DNA of 64,000 bases from a virus (taxonomy: Duplodnaviria; Caudoviricetes), in the IMG/VR virus record IMGVR_UViG_642918906_000001, positions 128,001-192,000 of that record. One strand, written 5' to 3'. Each line of letters starts with the position of its first letter. The first letter of the stretch is position 1. The position numbers and the translations under genes are program-made. Under the pieces are notes generated by a model, which searched no databases, had not been told where the DNA came from, and was given only the letters and a program-made list of their open reading frames with translations. Of the stretch, positions 48,470-58,761 are shown in pieces.

Positions 48470-50311
48470 ATGTCTCGAGTTAAATTATTCGACTTCATCG
48501 GTTCGATTGCAAACGAATCGGTAAGTCATGACGCTGCAACGCACGTCGAAGTGAATACCAAAAACGATCTTCCTAAAAACGTACAGGAAGATACCGACAA
48601 AGTGGAAGTTGATAAAGACGTATCGGCTGATGCAACCAATACCAAAACTAGTGAGCCAGGTCCTAAGGACGGCGGTGGTGACGGTACGGCTGAATTCCAT
48701 TCTGCTGAGAAAGCTGCCACCCACATGAAAGTTGGAGATGTCGCCAAAAATATCGATCGTGATCAAAACGGTGGTCGTGACATCGACACCCTGCCTAACA
48801 AGGTAAACGCCAAAGATGGTTTGAGCTCAAGTGACATTAGTACTTCGGTTGAAGAACATTCTGATAAAGTCGAATCCGAATCTGAAGCAACTGAACTGGA
48901 GTCGATGGACGCTAGTGGTGCAGAAGAAGTTGGTGCAGCAGACGACATGATTGTCGATCTGGATTCCGAAGAAATGGAAATCTCTGGTCTGACTGAAGCC
49001 ACTGATAAAGGCCTGTCGGTAGCCGACGCTGCTTTCGCTAAAGTAGACGAACTCAATAAAGGCGTTGCCTCGATTGAGCGCTACATTGAGATGCTTGATC
49101 GCATTGATCGAGCCGGTCGTGAGTTTACTCCTGAACTCCGTCAGTCTATTAGCTGGGGTCTGGAATCGATCGATGGCGAACTGTTCTTTGATGAACGCGT
49201 AGCACTGGAATCGTGTGATCCGTCTGCACGCGTATCGCTTGAAGCTACAGGCGTGGCTGCCTCCGGTGCCCGCGAAGGTACTATTGATGATGGTGAAGAT
49301 CCGGGCGAAGTAAGTAAGGGTCTGAGTGCCAAACTTAAGAAACTGGTTGAAGCCAGTATCCGAATGTTCTGGCGTGCTGTTAATGCCGTAGTCGACATCT
49401 TCAACCACATGACCGGTGACATGAAGAAGATTCGTGACCATCTGTCTGACCTGCGTTCTAAAGCTAAGGTGCTGGATGGCGGTAAAGAGTTTAAAATGAA
49501 AGGCGCTCATCGCTTGATGGTTGGTGATGAATTTGTTGGTGATGGTCGTCAAGCTGTTGATCGTGTAACCCGCGTAGCTAACGAGCTGTTGATCGCATGG
49601 CCTAACCAACTCGGTAAGATCGTACAGAAGTGGGGTCAAGGTCGTCGTGGGGCAATGAGTAAGACTGAAGATGGTCATAACAACCATATCAATGAAGCTC
49701 GCCTGAAAGATGAATTTGCTGACGCCATTCGCCGTTCCTTCCGTGATATGCAAGCCCTGAGCCCTAATGACCGCGACAAAGTACCGTCCGGTTTCTTGGG
49801 TGTGGATAAGTTGATGTGGTCCGGTCCTCTGGCTGGCAACCGTGCTCTTTACATCGGTACCTCCGATGGCGGTAAGGACATGAAAGGTGCCATCAACTTT
49901 AGCTTCTCGGCTATTCCAGGTGAATCCACTCACGCTGGTGAAATTACCGTTGAGACCCCAACTGCTGGTGAGGCAATCGCCATCATTCGTGAACTTGAGA
50001 AAATGACTCATTTCATCGATGACGCCAAGCAAGGTATGAATACTATCAAGAAAGTCTACGATGGTATCTTCGGTGATTCAATCGAGCGTTTCTCACGTAC
50101 CGTGGCCTCTACACCACAGATGGAAGAATACTACCGTGGTGGTGATCTTGCTCTGACTGTATCACGTGTTACCTTTGATGCTAACCGTGAGTTCTTGGGT
50201 TACATGACCAGTATGGTTAAAGCCTACATTGGCTTCATCAGTGCTTCTATGAAAGCTGAAGGTGGTGGTGAGCAAGGGGACATCGAAGGTTCGGCAACCC
50301 GCGTAGATTAA
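48470..50311 (+). CDS. Internal head protein with long acidic propeptide (gp162-like)
   Basis: Many S/A/G-x-E sites (SVE, SIE, GLE, ALE, SLE); GPLAGNRALY. Confidence 0.75.
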   Translation: MSRVKLFDFIGSIANESVSHDAATHVEVNTKNDLPKNVQEDTDKVEVDKDVSADATNTKTSEPGPKDGGGDGTAEFHSAEKAATHMKVGDVAKNIDRDQNGGRDIDTLPNKVNAKDGLSSSDISTSVEEHSDKVESESEATELESMDASGAEEVGAADDMIVDLDSEEMEISGLTEATDKGLSVADAAFAKVDELNKGVASIERYIEMLDRIDRAGREFTPELRQSISWGLESIDGELFFDERVALESCDPSARVSLEATGVAASGAREGTIDDGEDPGEVSKGLSAKLKKLVEASIRMFWRAVNAVVDIFNHMTGDMKKIRDHLSDLRSKAKVLDGGKEFKMKGAHRLMVGDEFVGDGRQAVDRVTRVANELLIAWPNQLGKIVQKWGQGRRGAMSKTEDGHNNHINEARLKDEFADAIRRSFRDMQALSPNDRDKVPSGFLGVDKLMWSGPLAGNRALYIGTSDGGKDMKGAINFSFSAIPGESTHAGEITVETPTAGEAIAIIRELEKMTHFIDDAKQGMNTIKKVYDGIFGDSIERFSRTVASTPQMEEYYRGGDLALTVSRVTFDANREFLGYMTSMVKAYIGFISASMKAEGGGEQGDIEGSATRVD

Positions 50312-50320
50312 GGAACCAGT

Positions 50321-51514
50321 ATGACTACCCGATCCGACTATAAAACACTTATTCATGATTGGGAAAAGACTGGCAAGCTGTTTGCTTCTTTAGAACGATA
50401 CCAAGCAATCCTTGGTGACGAAGAAGTATCCAGTGAAGACGTAGCTTTCGTAATGAGTACTGCTCTTGAAAACATCGACCCTGAGTTCGATATCAAAGAG
50501 GGTAGTACCATTACTCTGCGCGCTATTAAAGAAGCACTCGTTGCAGCAGCTAAGGTCGCATGGGAAATCCTTAAACAGATCTACCAGTACCTTAACGCCT
50601 TGTATGTTCGATTCACTGGGAGTATCCGTCGTGTACGGGGCAATCAGGTTCGAGTGATGCGACGCTTGGCTTCTTTGGGATCTAAGACCTCGTATTCCAG
50701 TACGATCAACGTAGCTGGTTTGCAAAGACTTAGTGTTGACGGTAAGTTCGTCGGTATCGATATGTCCAACCTTCAGGACATTAAAGCTATCGCCAACTAT
50801 ACCCTCACTGTTTATCCACGTTGCGTAACGCAGATTGCACGTAATGCAAGCCGTCAATTCCTTAACCTTTTGGATACCGCTAATGGCGAAAATAACAAAG
50901 AAGTAAGTAAGCAACTTATTGAGGTGCTATCTGAGATCTTTGAACGTAATTTTCGTGAGCCGCCAGACTCGTCCGATGTACGTCAAGGTGAGATTGGTGG
51001 ACAAACTAAGTTCCTAAAGCGTAGTACTGCTCTGGTGGGTAACTCTGCATTTGTCTACACCGATCCACGTGTGATCGGTAATGAGTTCGGTAAGACTAAC
51101 GGTAATGCAGCTGATACCGTAGCCAGTGCCTTACACATGAACTTCCAAGAACTCAGTTTAAACGTAGCCGACAAATCTGAGCGTGAGATTGAGTTACCTA
51201 CCGTACGTGATCTTACACAACTGACTGAAGAGATCTCGAGAATCCTGACTATCGCTGAAAAGGCGGAATCAGGTAGACGTGATTTCAACTCGGTTAAAAC
51301 AGTTGTTGACGATGCTATTCGTCAAGCTATGGACAGCACCGAAAACAAAGCGGTTATACCTGTAGCACAGACGGTAATGACTGTACTGGGTGAAGTATCT
51401 AAGAAGCTCGCTGAGCCAATGGATAACTTCATGCATTGGTTAGCCATTACTCTGAACGTCTGGTTGAACTTCATCGATCACTGTGTTGACCACTATGAAC
51501 GTGAAGGTATCTGA
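50321..51514 (+). CDS. Internal head protein paralogue (gp163-like)
   Basis: ASLERY and TALE motifs, architecture parallel to 48470-50311. Confidence 0.75.
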   Translation: MTTRSDYKTLIHDWEKTGKLFASLERYQAILGDEEVSSEDVAFVMSTALENIDPEFDIKEGSTITLRAIKEALVAAAKVAWEILKQIYQYLNALYVRFTGSIRRVRGNQVRVMRRLASLGSKTSYSSTINVAGLQRLSVDGKFVGIDMSNLQDIKAIANYTLTVYPRCVTQIARNASRQFLNLLDTANGENNKEVSKQLIEVLSEIFERNFREPPDSSDVRQGEIGGQTKFLKRSTALVGNSAFVYTDPRVIGNEFGKTNGNAADTVASALHMNFQELSLNVADKSEREIELPTVRDLTQLTEEISRILTIAEKAESGRRDFNSVKTVVDDAIRQAMDSTENKAVIPVAQTVMTVLGEVSKKLAEPMDNFMHWLAITLNVWLNFIDHCVDHYEREGI

Positions 51515-51555
51515 CGACATATTGCCCAGCCTTAGTGGCTGGGCTTTATGCCGCT
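51514..51555. terminator. Bidirectional hairpin GCCCAGCC-TTAGT-GGCTGGGC
   Basis: CGACATA and TTTATGCCG flanks; convergent genes. Confidence 0.85.
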
Positions 51556-51820
51556 ACGATGTAGTGGTTAAGTTAGGTCGTCCAGTTGCGGTGTCGCCAC
51601 AACTAGCTCGTGATCCAGCCATGCAGACCGGAATACCATTTACAAATACCTTAGCGGAACCTGTAATCATCACTGCACCTTGGTGCGGGCCAGATCCATG
51701 TGGTACAACTTCACAACCTACGACGGCTAAAGGGTTACTGTTGTAGAAGACCTTCTCGTTAGGTCCCGGTTTAATGATACCTCCTGCGGTATCCAAGTTG
51801 CATACGGAAATACCTGCCAT
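51554..51820 (-). CDS. PAAR-like spike tip protein
   Basis: PHGSGPH...[24 protein letters not shown]; start overlaps the spike gene stop. Confidence 0.88.
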   Translation of the reverse strand: MAGISVCNLDTAGGIIKPGPNEKVFYNSNPLAVVGCEVVPHGSGPHQGAVMITGSAKVFVNGIPVCMAGSRASCGDTATGRPNLTTTS

Positions 51821-52659
51821 TAGATAAAGTCCCAACGGGTGCACTTGGCTGTAATAGCTGGAGAGTCCAACGTCATCGAGCCAGATGCTTTAATAGTAGT
51901 GGTAGCAGACTCACTGGTGTAAGTCTGAGTCTTAGAAGTAATCGTACTCGGTGTCCACTCATGGGTTGTACCACCCACAGTCATTTTGATGTACTGGTCT
52001 GCTTTAAGATCAATCCATTGCTTCTCAACGTTAATGAATGAATCGTTTGCATTGCGTAGTCGGACACGAGTTTCCTTAGAATTGATTTCAAAGAAGTTAC
52101 CTACATCATCAGCGACTGCTACTGAACCATCTTTGGTATTTATCTGGACGGTGTAAGCAAACGGCTCACCATTCTTTTTAGTTGTTTGTAGATTGACATA
52201 TCCATTTAGTGGAGACACAATAGTCGTATAACAGCTGTCGAGTGATTGACCAGCTCCACCCGCATTGGGGGTTGCACCGTAGGCATTGACAACATGCTCT
52301 AGGGTACGTAGTCCATTACGCATGTTCATGCTACGCCAGAAGTATTTGGTCGAGTTACCCAAACGGTAGATCTCAACGAGTTCACCTCGACGGACGTCAG
52401 GTGGGGTAACACGGTTATCATCAAACGGGTACCATTCACATTCCAGATCGCGAGTAGCGGTACCTTTTACTTCGTAGGCGTTACCCTTAGCATCAATACC
52501 CTTCAAAATATCCTGTACTGGGTTATGTGTTACTTCACCATCAGTTGCAGATGCGGACTCAACCGGTAGTGCTTGGATGATCCTAGAGTCGTAAGATTTG
52601 TTCTTAGTAACATACCCAACACTGAATAAAAATAGTGCAGATTTAATATCAGTAGCCAT
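51820..52659 (-). CDS. Baseplate central spike (gpV/gp5-like; phiKZ gp164-like)
   Basis: [14 protein letters not shown]-fold segment and T/S-rich beta-helix C-terminus, next to PAAR. Confidence 0.82.
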   Translation of the reverse strand: MATDIKSALFLFSVGYVTKNKSYDSRIIQALPVESASATDGEVTHNPVQDILKGIDAKGNAYEVKGTATRDLECEWYPFDDNRVTPPDVRRGELVEIYRLGNSTKYFWRSMNMRNGLRTLEHVVNAYGATPNAGGAGQSLDSCYTTIVSPLNGYVNLQTTKKNGEPFAYTVQINTKDGSVAVADDVGNFFEINSKETRVRLRNANDSFINVEKQWIDLKADQYIKMTVGGTTHEWTPSTITSKTQTYTSESATTTIKASGSMTLDSPAITAKCTRWDFI

Positions 52660-52717
52660 TGTAATTAACCTTTTACTTGGTTGTATAGATCTATAAGATT
52701 ACTTAAGGATTCTCAAA

Positions 52718-55207
52718 ATGCAAATTAGTCTAATGCGTCTGAAGTCGTATAAGCGACTGATGCGTTCAGGTATTCAATCCTTCGAATGGACCCCTACCAA
52801 ACAACTGATGCTGATCATTGGTTCAAACGGTTCGGGTAAGTCGAGTATCATGGACGAGCTATCACCGCTTCCGGCCCGACACAAAGCTTTTCTTAAAGGT
52901 GGCGAAAAGGAATTTCATTGTTATCATAATGGCAACCTCTATGTCCTTAAGTCAGTTTACAATCATGGTACAGGTGACCACTCATTCATCCGTAATGATG
53001 AGGAGCTTAACTCGGGTGGCACATTCAAGATCCAAGAAGACCTCTGCCTCCAAGAGTTTGGCTTGACTCGTGAAATCCACGACATCATGACCGGTCGTAC
53101 TCTCTTTACTGACTTGAGTACAGCGGAACGACGTAAGCTATTGACTAAGATGTCTGTAGTTAATCTGGATTATGCATTCGATATCTTCCAGAAACTGAAG
53201 ATTGAATCTCGCTCTCAGAAAGGTACAGTGGATACTATCACTCGTCGACTGGTTAACGAGAACCATGACATTCCATCTGATGCCGAAATGCAATTGATGC
53301 GTTTGGACAACCAGAAACTGAATGATCGATTGAATCAATTGTTCACTGCTCGTCAACCAAATGTTAAGCAAGGATTCAATAATGAAGAAGAAGCCGCTTC
53401 AGCTCTCTCCCAACTTGTTGAGCGTGCTAAAAGTTTGCTCTATAGTTACCCTAAGCTACCCGCGGGGTTTATTTCGAATTCCAGAGAAGACTTCGCAGAA
53501 CAAAAGCAACTCGTTGCAGGACAATGTTCCGCTATTCAGGCCGTAATCCAACGGATGGCTGAAGAACTAGAGTCCTTGAGGGGTTCTAATAGTGCGGAGT
53601 TTGAAGTTTCACCTGAGCAGCTAACTGGACTGCAATCGGAGATAGAACAACTACAAGCTCGTATTGACGAAGCACAGGCTAAGTTCGACCTAACTAAACC
53701 AAAGTTACCGATCTTTAACTTAGACCTCACCAACGATCCCCTAGGACGTCTGGAAGGTATGTTCTCTCGATGGATGGCTTCTATTAATGCTTTCCCTGAA
53801 AACGCCGATGGTTATATCTCGCGTCATGCCTATGAAGCCACAGTGCAGAACGCACAAGCTAACCATGAGAAGCGACGTAAGATGCAAGAGGCCTATCAGA
53901 TTGCTAGCCAAAGGTTGGCTCGACTGAAAGGTTGCGATACTGTAGTTTGTGTTAAGTGTGAACATGAGTTCAAACCGGGGATGGATGAATCAGAAGGTCC
54001 TCGACTGGAAGACTATCTGTCTAAGCTTAGTCTGAAGATGGATGAAGTTGATCTGGCCATCAAGCAAGACGAAGAATACATCGACCTCTTTAAAGAGTAT
54101 CGAGTGCATGTTAGTAACTTTGCAGCACTCAACGGCTCGTATTCTGACTTCGGTACTTTGTGGGATCATCTTGCTCAATCGCAGATTATGTTCCGTACAC
54201 CTAAGACGTTGATGGTAGATGCAGTAGAATGGCATACAGCGATGAAAAGCTACTTAGCCATACGTATGGACTCCGCTAGACTGGTAACGCTCCAAACGCG
54301 TCTACAGACGCTTAAAGAGATCGATTCTGATTCGGTTGCTTATACTCGTAAACGAATCCTCGAACTGGAACACAGTGTAGCAGATAAATACCGTGAGCAG
54401 TCTGAGACTACCCAGTTTCTTCGTGAGATTGAACAAGGCGAACGTGGCATCGCAGACATGAACCGTGAGATCGAATTGTTGTTGACCCGTTATACGGAAT
54501 GGCGTAAACGAGCAATGTCTCATGCGGAATGGTTGTTGGACAAAGCGTTCGAATCTGAGATCACTGAAACACAACTGCAATTGGCTGAAGGTACTCGTAG
54601 ACTCAATATCTCTGAACAGCGTGAGAACTCTATTCGAGTATTGGAGAACGAAGTTAACTCAGCTAAAGAAGTTTCGTCTGACCTTAACCTCCTGATTAAA
54701 GCATTGTCTCCAAATGGTGGTTTACTTGGTCGTTACCTGCTCGGCTTTATGCAAGGCGTGGTAAGTTACGTGAACGCATTCATTGGCGAAGTCTGGACTT
54801 ATCCAATGGAAGTACTACCCTCTAAAGTAGAGAAGGATGAACTCGATTACAACTTCCCATTGAATGTTTCTAATGGTGCTGTAATTGCAGATGACATCGC
54901 ATTGGGTTCTGACTCACAACTTGAGATGGTTAACTTTAGTTTCGAACAAGCAGTCCGTAAGTTCTTGGGTATGGAAAACTATCCATTGTTCCTTGATGAA
55001 TTTGGACGTACGTTCGATGAGCAACACCGAGCTAACTTGATTCCGTTTATCAGTCGCTTGATTGAGAACGGTCATTACTCACAAATTTTCTACATTTCCC
55101 ACTTCAGTAGTGAGCATGGTGCATTCAACAGTGCCGAGTACATGGTGCTTGATCCTACCAACATTACTGTCCCTGTAGCCTTCAATAAAAACGTGGTGAT
55201 TCGATAA
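52718..55207 (+). CDS. sbcC: SbcC/Rad50-like SMC ATPase (gp165-like)
   Basis: Walker A GSNGSGKS, coiled coils, CVKC zinc hook, signature-like GSDSQ, Walker B LFLDE. Confidence 0.92.
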   Translation: MQISLMRLKSYKRLMRSGIQSFEWTPTKQLMLIIGSNGSGKSSIMDELSPLPARHKAFLKGGEKEFHCYHNGNLYVLKSVYNHGTGDHSFIRNDEELNSGGTFKIQEDLCLQEFGLTREIHDIMTGRTLFTDLSTAERRKLLTKMSVVNLDYAFDIFQKLKIESRSQKGTVDTITRRLVNENHDIPSDAEMQLMRLDNQKLNDRLNQLFTARQPNVKQGFNNEEEAASALSQLVERAKSLLYSYPKLPAGFISNSREDFAEQKQLVAGQCSAIQAVIQRMAEELESLRGSNSAEFEVSPEQLTGLQSEIEQLQARIDEAQAKFDLTKPKLPIFNLDLTNDPLGRLEGMFSRWMASINAFPENADGYISRHAYEATVQNAQANHEKRRKMQEAYQIASQRLARLKGCDTVVCVKCEHEFKPGMDESEGPRLEDYLSKLSLKMDEVDLAIKQDEEYIDLFKEYRVHVSNFAALNGSYSDFGTLWDHLAQSQIMFRTPKTLMVDAVEWHTAMKSYLAIRMDSARLVTLQTRLQTLKEIDSDSVAYTRKRILELEHSVADKYREQSETTQFLREIEQGERGIADMNREIELLLTRYTEWRKRAMSHAEWLLDKAFESEITETQLQLAEGTRRLNISEQRENSIRVLENEVNSAKEVSSDLNLLIKALSPNGGLLGRYLLGFMQGVVSYVNAFIGEVWTYPMEVLPSKVEKDELDYNFPLNVSNGAVIADDIALGSDSQLEMVNFSFEQAVRKFLGMENYPLFLDEFGRTFDEQHRANLIPFISRLIENGHYSQIFYISHFSSEHGAFNSAEYMVLDPTNITVPVAFNKNVVIR

Positions 55208-55332
55208 TGCCAAACGCAATTGATATCGTACATTATGCTGTAACCCAACTAGCCTACCCCTTCTGGTCATTATGTGCAGCTGCCGGCGTCTGGCACACAA
55301 TTATTAATTTCGTAGAGGAGATGAAAAAATGA
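55207..55332 (+). CDS. Small hydrophobic protein (41 aa)
   Basis: Not in ORF track: MPNAIDIVHYAVTQLAYPFWSLCAAAGVWHTIINFVEEMKK. TAATG overlap with sbcC and ATGA overlap with the next gene. Confidence 0.6.
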   Translation: MPNAIDIVHYAVTQLAYPFWSLCAAAGVWHTIINFVEEMKK

Positions 55333-55655
55333 CACCAGATGACGCGATCGTACTTCTCACACTGACCCTAATGATCGGTGGGATACTTTATTGCCTAGGA
55401 CGCATGGCTGGGTGGAGCATCCTATGGTGTTACTTTGTCGGTAGTGCGATCATCGAACTTAGCGTGCGATTGATTAAGGTACCATTAAAGAAACTAGATG
55501 AATGGTCATCCGCAAGGACACTGAATCGTTTACTACTTGAAACAGAGAAAGCTGATGCTCGTCGTAAGCTAGTACGGGATGCACTTGCACCAACGAACCC
55601 ACATACTCTACAAGTACGTCAACGTCGGCACATTACTAACCCAATGATCCAATAG
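55329..55655 (+). CDS. Membrane protein (two TM segments)
   Basis: GAGGAG RBS; hydrophobic N-terminal half. Confidence 0.7.
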   Translation: MTPDDAIVLLTLTLMIGGILYCLGRMAGWSILWCYFVGSAIIELSVRLIKVPLKKLDEWSSARTLNRLLLETEKADARRKLVRDALAPTNPHTLQVRQRRHITNPMIQ

Positions 55656-55663
55656 GTGACCAT

Positions 55664-55843
55664 ATGTTTAAAGACTATGTATTACTGGCGTACATCGCAA
55701 TCATGTGCACGCCACTTCTGTGGTTCGTGAGGCCTCACAAGATTCCTGGTAATGTTAAATGGTACTACGGGCACGTGATAGTGGTAATCATCTCACTCAT
55801 CGGTCTTGCAACATACCGCTATAACTACCCATCGGTGTTATAA
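55664..55843 (+). CDS. Small two-TM membrane protein (59 aa)
   Basis: Not in ORF track: MFKDYVLLAYIAIMCTPLLWFVRP...GHVIVVIISLIGLATYRYNYPSVL; AGGT RBS. Confidence 0.65.
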   Translation: MFKDYVLLAYIAIMCTPLLWFVRPHKIPGNVKWYYGHVIVVIISLIGLATYRYNYPSVL

Positions 55844-55879
55844 ACATACGGCCTCCCTTCGGGGAGGCTTTATGACGTT
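55844..55879 (+). terminator. Hairpin GCCTCCC-TTCG-GGGAGGC plus TTTATGACG
   Basis: UUCG stem-loop; near-identical copy at 61826. Confidence 0.85.
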
Positions 55880-55888
55880 AATACATTT

Positions 55889-55910
55889 TATTTGAGATTT
55901 ATATCATTCA
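55889..55910 (+). promoter_or_regulatory. Candidate early promoter (copy of 4441-4462)
   Basis: 22-bp identity. Confidence 0.65.
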
Positions 55911-55939
55911 CTAGCAGTATAGGTAAGGAAACACTATTC

Positions 55940-56392
55940 ATGTTGTTGAGCGATGTAACTAATCAACTAGGTGCCGGTAGTGCGTATGAGTTCCTCACGG
56001 CATCGCAGTGGGTCAGAGCAAGGCAAGACATACGTGTGTACTACAAAGGCACCCAAATCAACGTAGTGGTGCGCAAAGGGGGGTTCTGGTTCGTAACGAA
56101 CGTAGGTACAACACTTAGATATGTTAGACTCACTTCACAGATCGCTGACCAACTAATTATTAGTCAACGAGATGCTAATTACCTTCTTGATCTACCTAGT
56201 AAAGTAGACAAAGAAGATCTTGATATCCAACAACCTAAACGAGAAGACTCTATGGATGAAACAAGCAACGGCTTCACTGACTTACAAATGAAGAACATGG
56301 CTTTTGCCATGGGTATGTTTTGCGTCGCTACTGCAACAGTGTTTGGTGTTAAGACTGTAGTTAATATTGTTCCTAAGGGGCGAGGTAAATAA
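55940..56392 (+). CDS. Hypothetical protein with C-terminal TM
   Basis: TAAGGA RBS; hydrophobic MAFAMGMFCVATATVFGV. Confidence 0.7.
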   Translation: MLLSDVTNQLGAGSAYEFLTASQWVRARQDIRVYYKGTQINVVVRKGGFWFVTNVGTTLRYVRLTSQIADQLIISQRDANYLLDLPSKVDKEDLDIQQPKREDSMDETSNGFTDLQMKNMAFAMGMFCVATATVFGVKTVVNIVPKGRGK

Positions 56393-56515
56393 TACTGTTA
56401 GGTCTACCTCTATGTAGAGGGGAGTTATCTTAAAAGTTTATTCATATAAACTATAGAGCTAAGCTCTATACTCCTTTTTCTTAAATTAGAGACAGACCAA
56501 CATAAGGCAAGCGGT

Positions 56516-56776
56516 ATGAAAGATAATTGGTATAACCGTGTTAAGAAAGCTGTACAAGAAAACATTCCAGTAATCGTAACTATCGGCACTACAGTCGCAG
56601 CAGTAGCTGCGGTTATGTATGCTAAGGATGAACTAGACGAAACAGTCAAAGGCAACAATGAGTTATTGAAAACGATTGAAGAGAAAATTGCTATTGCTAT
56701 TGAGTCACCAACCATTGTTAAAGTTGAAATAGGTGACGAGATTGAATTGTTTGGTACAGGTAATCGTACCGATTAA
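56516..56776 (+). CDS. Small single-TM protein
   Basis: 86 aa; homologous to the C-terminal ~90 aa of 62191-62967. Confidence 0.7.
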   Translation: MKDNWYNRVKKAVQENIPVIVTIGTTVAAVAAVMYAKDELDETVKGNNELLKTIEEKIAIAIESPTIVKVEIGDEIELFGTGNRTD

Positions 56777-56812
56777 CGACATAAAGCCCCTCCCGTGAAG
56801 GAAGGGCTTGTA
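56777..56812. terminator. Hairpin with CGACATAAAGCCC flank between convergent genes
   Basis: GCCCCTCC-CGTGAA-GGAAGGGC, imperfect stem. Confidence 0.7.
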
Positions 56813-57340
56813 TTATTTCTGAGGTAGGTCGTCTAAAAGACCCATCTCTCTGGAACGTTGTTCAAGCTGTTCTTTGTTAACGACATCCATACGGCTGATG
56901 AATTTATCAGAGGCTTCAATGATGACACCTTGATCACCCTCACCTTTGGCATGGCCTTTCTCGAAAGCTTCAGGTAGTTCTCCAAGGTCTTGGGATTGAG
57001 TAGGCTCACTTGGTTCTCGCTTAAGGAACGGATGTGCACCACCTGACTGTTGCACCGATTGTGCAATGGCGTTAAGAATACTGAGGGCGTCATCGCCTTT
57101 CTTCTCATCAACCACCAGTCGACGTTTAGCAATCGTGACTTTATCCATTGAGTCGGCTACTTTCAAGAGAAGTTCGACACCATCTTTATCAGTAGGTAGA
57201 CCTTCTGGACCAGCCGTAAGTTTGTGCAGTAAGCGACCTTTTAAACGTTGAGTATGTTTAAGTTGGTCATCGAAGTCTAATTCGGCGTAGTCAACATCGG
57301 GTTGTTCTGGATCTACGAATAGGTTATTAATTGGTTCCAT
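56813..57340 (-). CDS. Hypothetical protein
   Basis: 175-aa helical, acidic ORF. Confidence 0.7.
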   Translation of the reverse strand: MEPINNLFVDPEQPDVDYAELDFDDQLKHTQRLKGRLLHKLTAGPEGLPTDKDGVELLLKVADSMDKVTIAKRRLVVDEKKGDDALSILNAIAQSVQQSGGAHPFLKREPSEPTQSQDLGELPEAFEKGHAKGEGDQGVIIEASDKFISRMDVVNKEQLEQRSREMGLLDDLPQK

Positions 57341-57403
57341 GAAGTTATACCTGACTGGATATAGTTATGTCGTACGACACGTTTAATTGAAAGGGTCTAT
57401 AAA

Positions 57404-57940
57404 ATGATAGATAAAATCGAACGTTTGCTGAGGCGTTGGTCTAAATCAACTCCAAAAGCAACCTACTTTAAATACCTGGAACAGTTTGAAAAGGCAGATA
57501 CGTCGATCACTACTCTACCGATTATGTTGGTTGAGTTCTGGCGTCGGGTTGACCTTAAGCACTTTGAGACAGGTCCAACCCTTAAAGAAATGATGTATGA
57601 AAAGGTTCATGTTCGACATAAATCGATTTCTGAACTAGCGGCTATCTTGGCTATGGCGACTGGGTCGCTTGCCCAAGACGATGAGAACTTCATTCATGAG
57701 ATCTCTATCAATCAGTTCGCAGTCTTCGAAGACCTGACCATGGATGATTACTTTGCCAATTCGAAAGGGGGTTCTGTATCCTATTCGGAAGGTGTTGCTA
57801 TCTTGCGTCAAGCAATGTTAGCACATGGCGATGTGATCGAAAATATGCCACCTGGGTATCATTGCCGGATGTTGAATCGGATGTACAATGATATCCTGAA
57901 CGTTACAGTTACCATCGTAAACCAAATGAAGGACTCCTAA
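57404..57940 (+). CDS. Hypothetical protein
   Basis: 178 aa. Confidence 0.7.
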   Translation: MIDKIERLLRRWSKSTPKATYFKYLEQFEKADTSITTLPIMLVEFWRRVDLKHFETGPTLKEMMYEKVHVRHKSISELAAILAMATGSLAQDDENFIHEISINQFAVFEDLTMDDYFANSKGGSVSYSEGVAILRQAMLAHGDVIENMPPGYHCRMLNRMYNDILNVTVTIVNQMKDS

Positions 57941-58002
57941 CAATCAGGTCAAATTTAACCGTAGTATCGAACCCTGTTTAATTCACCGTAGGTGTAGAGC
58001 TA

Positions 58003-58758
58003 ATGGATTCTGTAAACGATTTGTTGTCCGATCCACTTAAGGGCACTAAACGCGCGCAAGGCGTACTGTGTTATTTGTTCCGTGAAGCATTGTTGTGGCG
58101 TAAGATGAACCGCTTTACTTGGGGTCGTCTTCAAAACAACTATTTCTTGAAACCCCATAATCAGGTTAAACCTGATAAAGGTAACTTGAATAAAGTGCTG
58201 ATCGCAGATGACATGAACTGGCAGGCTTTCTGCAAAGCTATTGACTTCCTCAATCCACACAAAGCGTATCTTGATATCAAGCTACACTGGAAAGATGGTA
58301 GTACTAGCGACTATCGGGTTGTAGTAGACCCGACTGATCCAGAAGACAAACCAACTGCCAACGAATTCCACTGGACAGATTGTGAAATCTTTAAGCGTGC
58401 AAAAGATCCATCTTTGTTGATGGCTCATCTGTACCGTCACATCGCAGCCAGTGAAGGCTCTAAACACCCTGACCAACTCGTTTGGTGGGAAAAGCTGTTT
58501 GAAGATTATACCAAGAACCCGGCTAACGTCGTAGGTATGACTCAGACTGAGATAAACAAGAACGTTCAAGGCTTGAAGCGATCCATCGTCGATCCGCGTT
58601 TGAGCTGGAACGGGTTTCGTAAAGGACTGCATCTGCTTCGCCCTAAAGCGGAGGAGTACACCTTAACACTACAATGGGCGGATAACCCTGAGTTGCGTAA
58701 GACTCTACCCGATTCAATTCATCCGATCTATATCGCTGATCCTTATTTCGTGGAGTGA
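58003..58758 (+). CDS. Conserved hypothetical protein with tandem duplicated domain
   Basis: Two copies of L..L[FY]R...W..L...Y...P.N...L...[ML].W..F.K....L.P.......L.W.D. Confidence 0.75.
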   Translation: MDSVNDLLSDPLKGTKRAQGVLCYLFREALLWRKMNRFTWGRLQNNYFLKPHNQVKPDKGNLNKVLIADDMNWQAFCKAIDFLNPHKAYLDIKLHWKDGSTSDYRVVVDPTDPEDKPTANEFHWTDCEIFKRAKDPSLLMAHLYRHIAASEGSKHPDQLVWWEKLFEDYTKNPANVVGMTQTEINKNVQGLKRSIVDPRLSWNGFRKGLHLLRPKAEEYTLTLQWADNPELRKTLPDSIHPIYIADPYFVE

Positions 58759-58761
58759 CAT

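Noticed and set aside
56393-56515. AT-rich intergenic gap with small hairpin as possible ncRNA or tRNA
   Set aside because: No cloverleaf or recognisable RNA family features; I saw no tRNA or rRNA anywhere in the window.
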